This document shows, one piece after another, positions 63,229-64,000 of a DNA stretch of 64,000 nt. The position numbers and the translations under genes were made by a program. The notes under the pieces are model-generated. The model saw only the letters and a list, made by a program, of their open reading frames with translations, was not told the origin of the DNA and made no database searches. The DNA comes from Camelus ferus. Lineage: Eukaryota. Numbering within the stretch: the stretch's first letter is position 1; the number at the start of each line of letters is the position of its first letter. The DNA is taken from the NCBI RefSeq assembly GCF_009834535.1, contig NC_045716.1, positions 23,064,001 through 23,128,000 on the forward strand, read 5' to 3'.

Positions 63229-64000
63229 CCTTCCTTCTGATCTCCCTGCTCATCTGTATGGTGGGGTAAGCTGGTGATGAGGCCAGAGGGTGACCAGCTC
63301 CAGTGACCTCCACCAAAGAAGGCCCGGCCCGATAAGTGGGCATGCGCTCAGGGAGGAGAGGGAGAGTCTTTGGACCTGTGGCTTCCGGAATCTCTCGAGA
63401 AGCAGCTCTGGGGTGGAGGTGGGGATCAGGACCAGCCAGGATGCTGCTGCAGATGCCCAGAGACCCTTGCCTTCTTCCACTGTGGTACTGGCTGAGTCTC
63501 CTGGAAGTGGGGGCAAGCTGAGGGTTTTGGGTGGTGGGAGATGAATGAAGGGTCCAGCTCAAGAATTGTGAGGCGGGCTTTGGGCTGAAGGGAAGAGACA
63601 GCAGTGCCTTCCTCCCTTCCTTGCTCAGGACTCTACACAGACTTACCTGCAGCCCCTGAGTTCCCTGGGTGTTGGCTCCTTCCTCCCGAAGGGGGAAGCG
63701 GTTTTCAAGCCTGAGTCACAGGAGCTCTGACTTCCTCTTCTTTTGGGTGGGTGTGGCTGTGCAGATGGACTGGAGGGCCCCATTCAAACCCAGCCTCTGG
63801 ATGCAGCTCTCAGAGTGACCCTGGAGGTTTCAACAAGCCCACCCCCTTTGCTGCCTTGTGGCCGGTCTGTGTGTACAGGTCTCTGGGCCAGAGACGGGAG
63901 ACCAGCTGGACAAGTCCTATCACCTCTCCCCGGTTTCCTTTGAAGATCTTATCTTCCAGCTCCAGCCCCAGTCTCCTCTAACCCCTGGACTCTCTCTTTG

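Overview
Mammalian genomic DNA containing part of the S100 calcium-binding (EF-hand) gene cluster orthologous to human 1q21. The abundant tRNA-Ala-derived SINE resembles the camelid Vic-1 family, so the species is probably a camel, llama or alpaca (inference). Gene order: S100A1 (minus strand, exons 1-2 only, exon 2 mostly N), then on the plus strand S100A13, S100A14 (middle coding exon mostly N), S100A16, a ~21 kb repeat-rich interval (L1, L2, MIR, ERV1 LTRs, MaLR), S100A2, S100A3, S100A4 and the probable promoter/first exon of S100A5 at the right edge. S100A13, A16, A2, A3 and A4 could be spliced in frame from GT-AG sites to full-length 97-103 aa proteins. Most notable observations: a strongly diverged S100A3 lacking Cys68, one partner of the Cys30-Cys68 disulfide; a degenerate ~27-nt tandem repeat family recurring beside several S100 genes; an orphan S100A4-like TATA/first-exon module upstream of S100A3; a uORF in S100A14; N gaps that coincide with coding exons; and a SINE plus L1 inserted at one target site. 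No database searches were run. Gene names and cross-species comparisons rest on recalled reference sequences and need verification.
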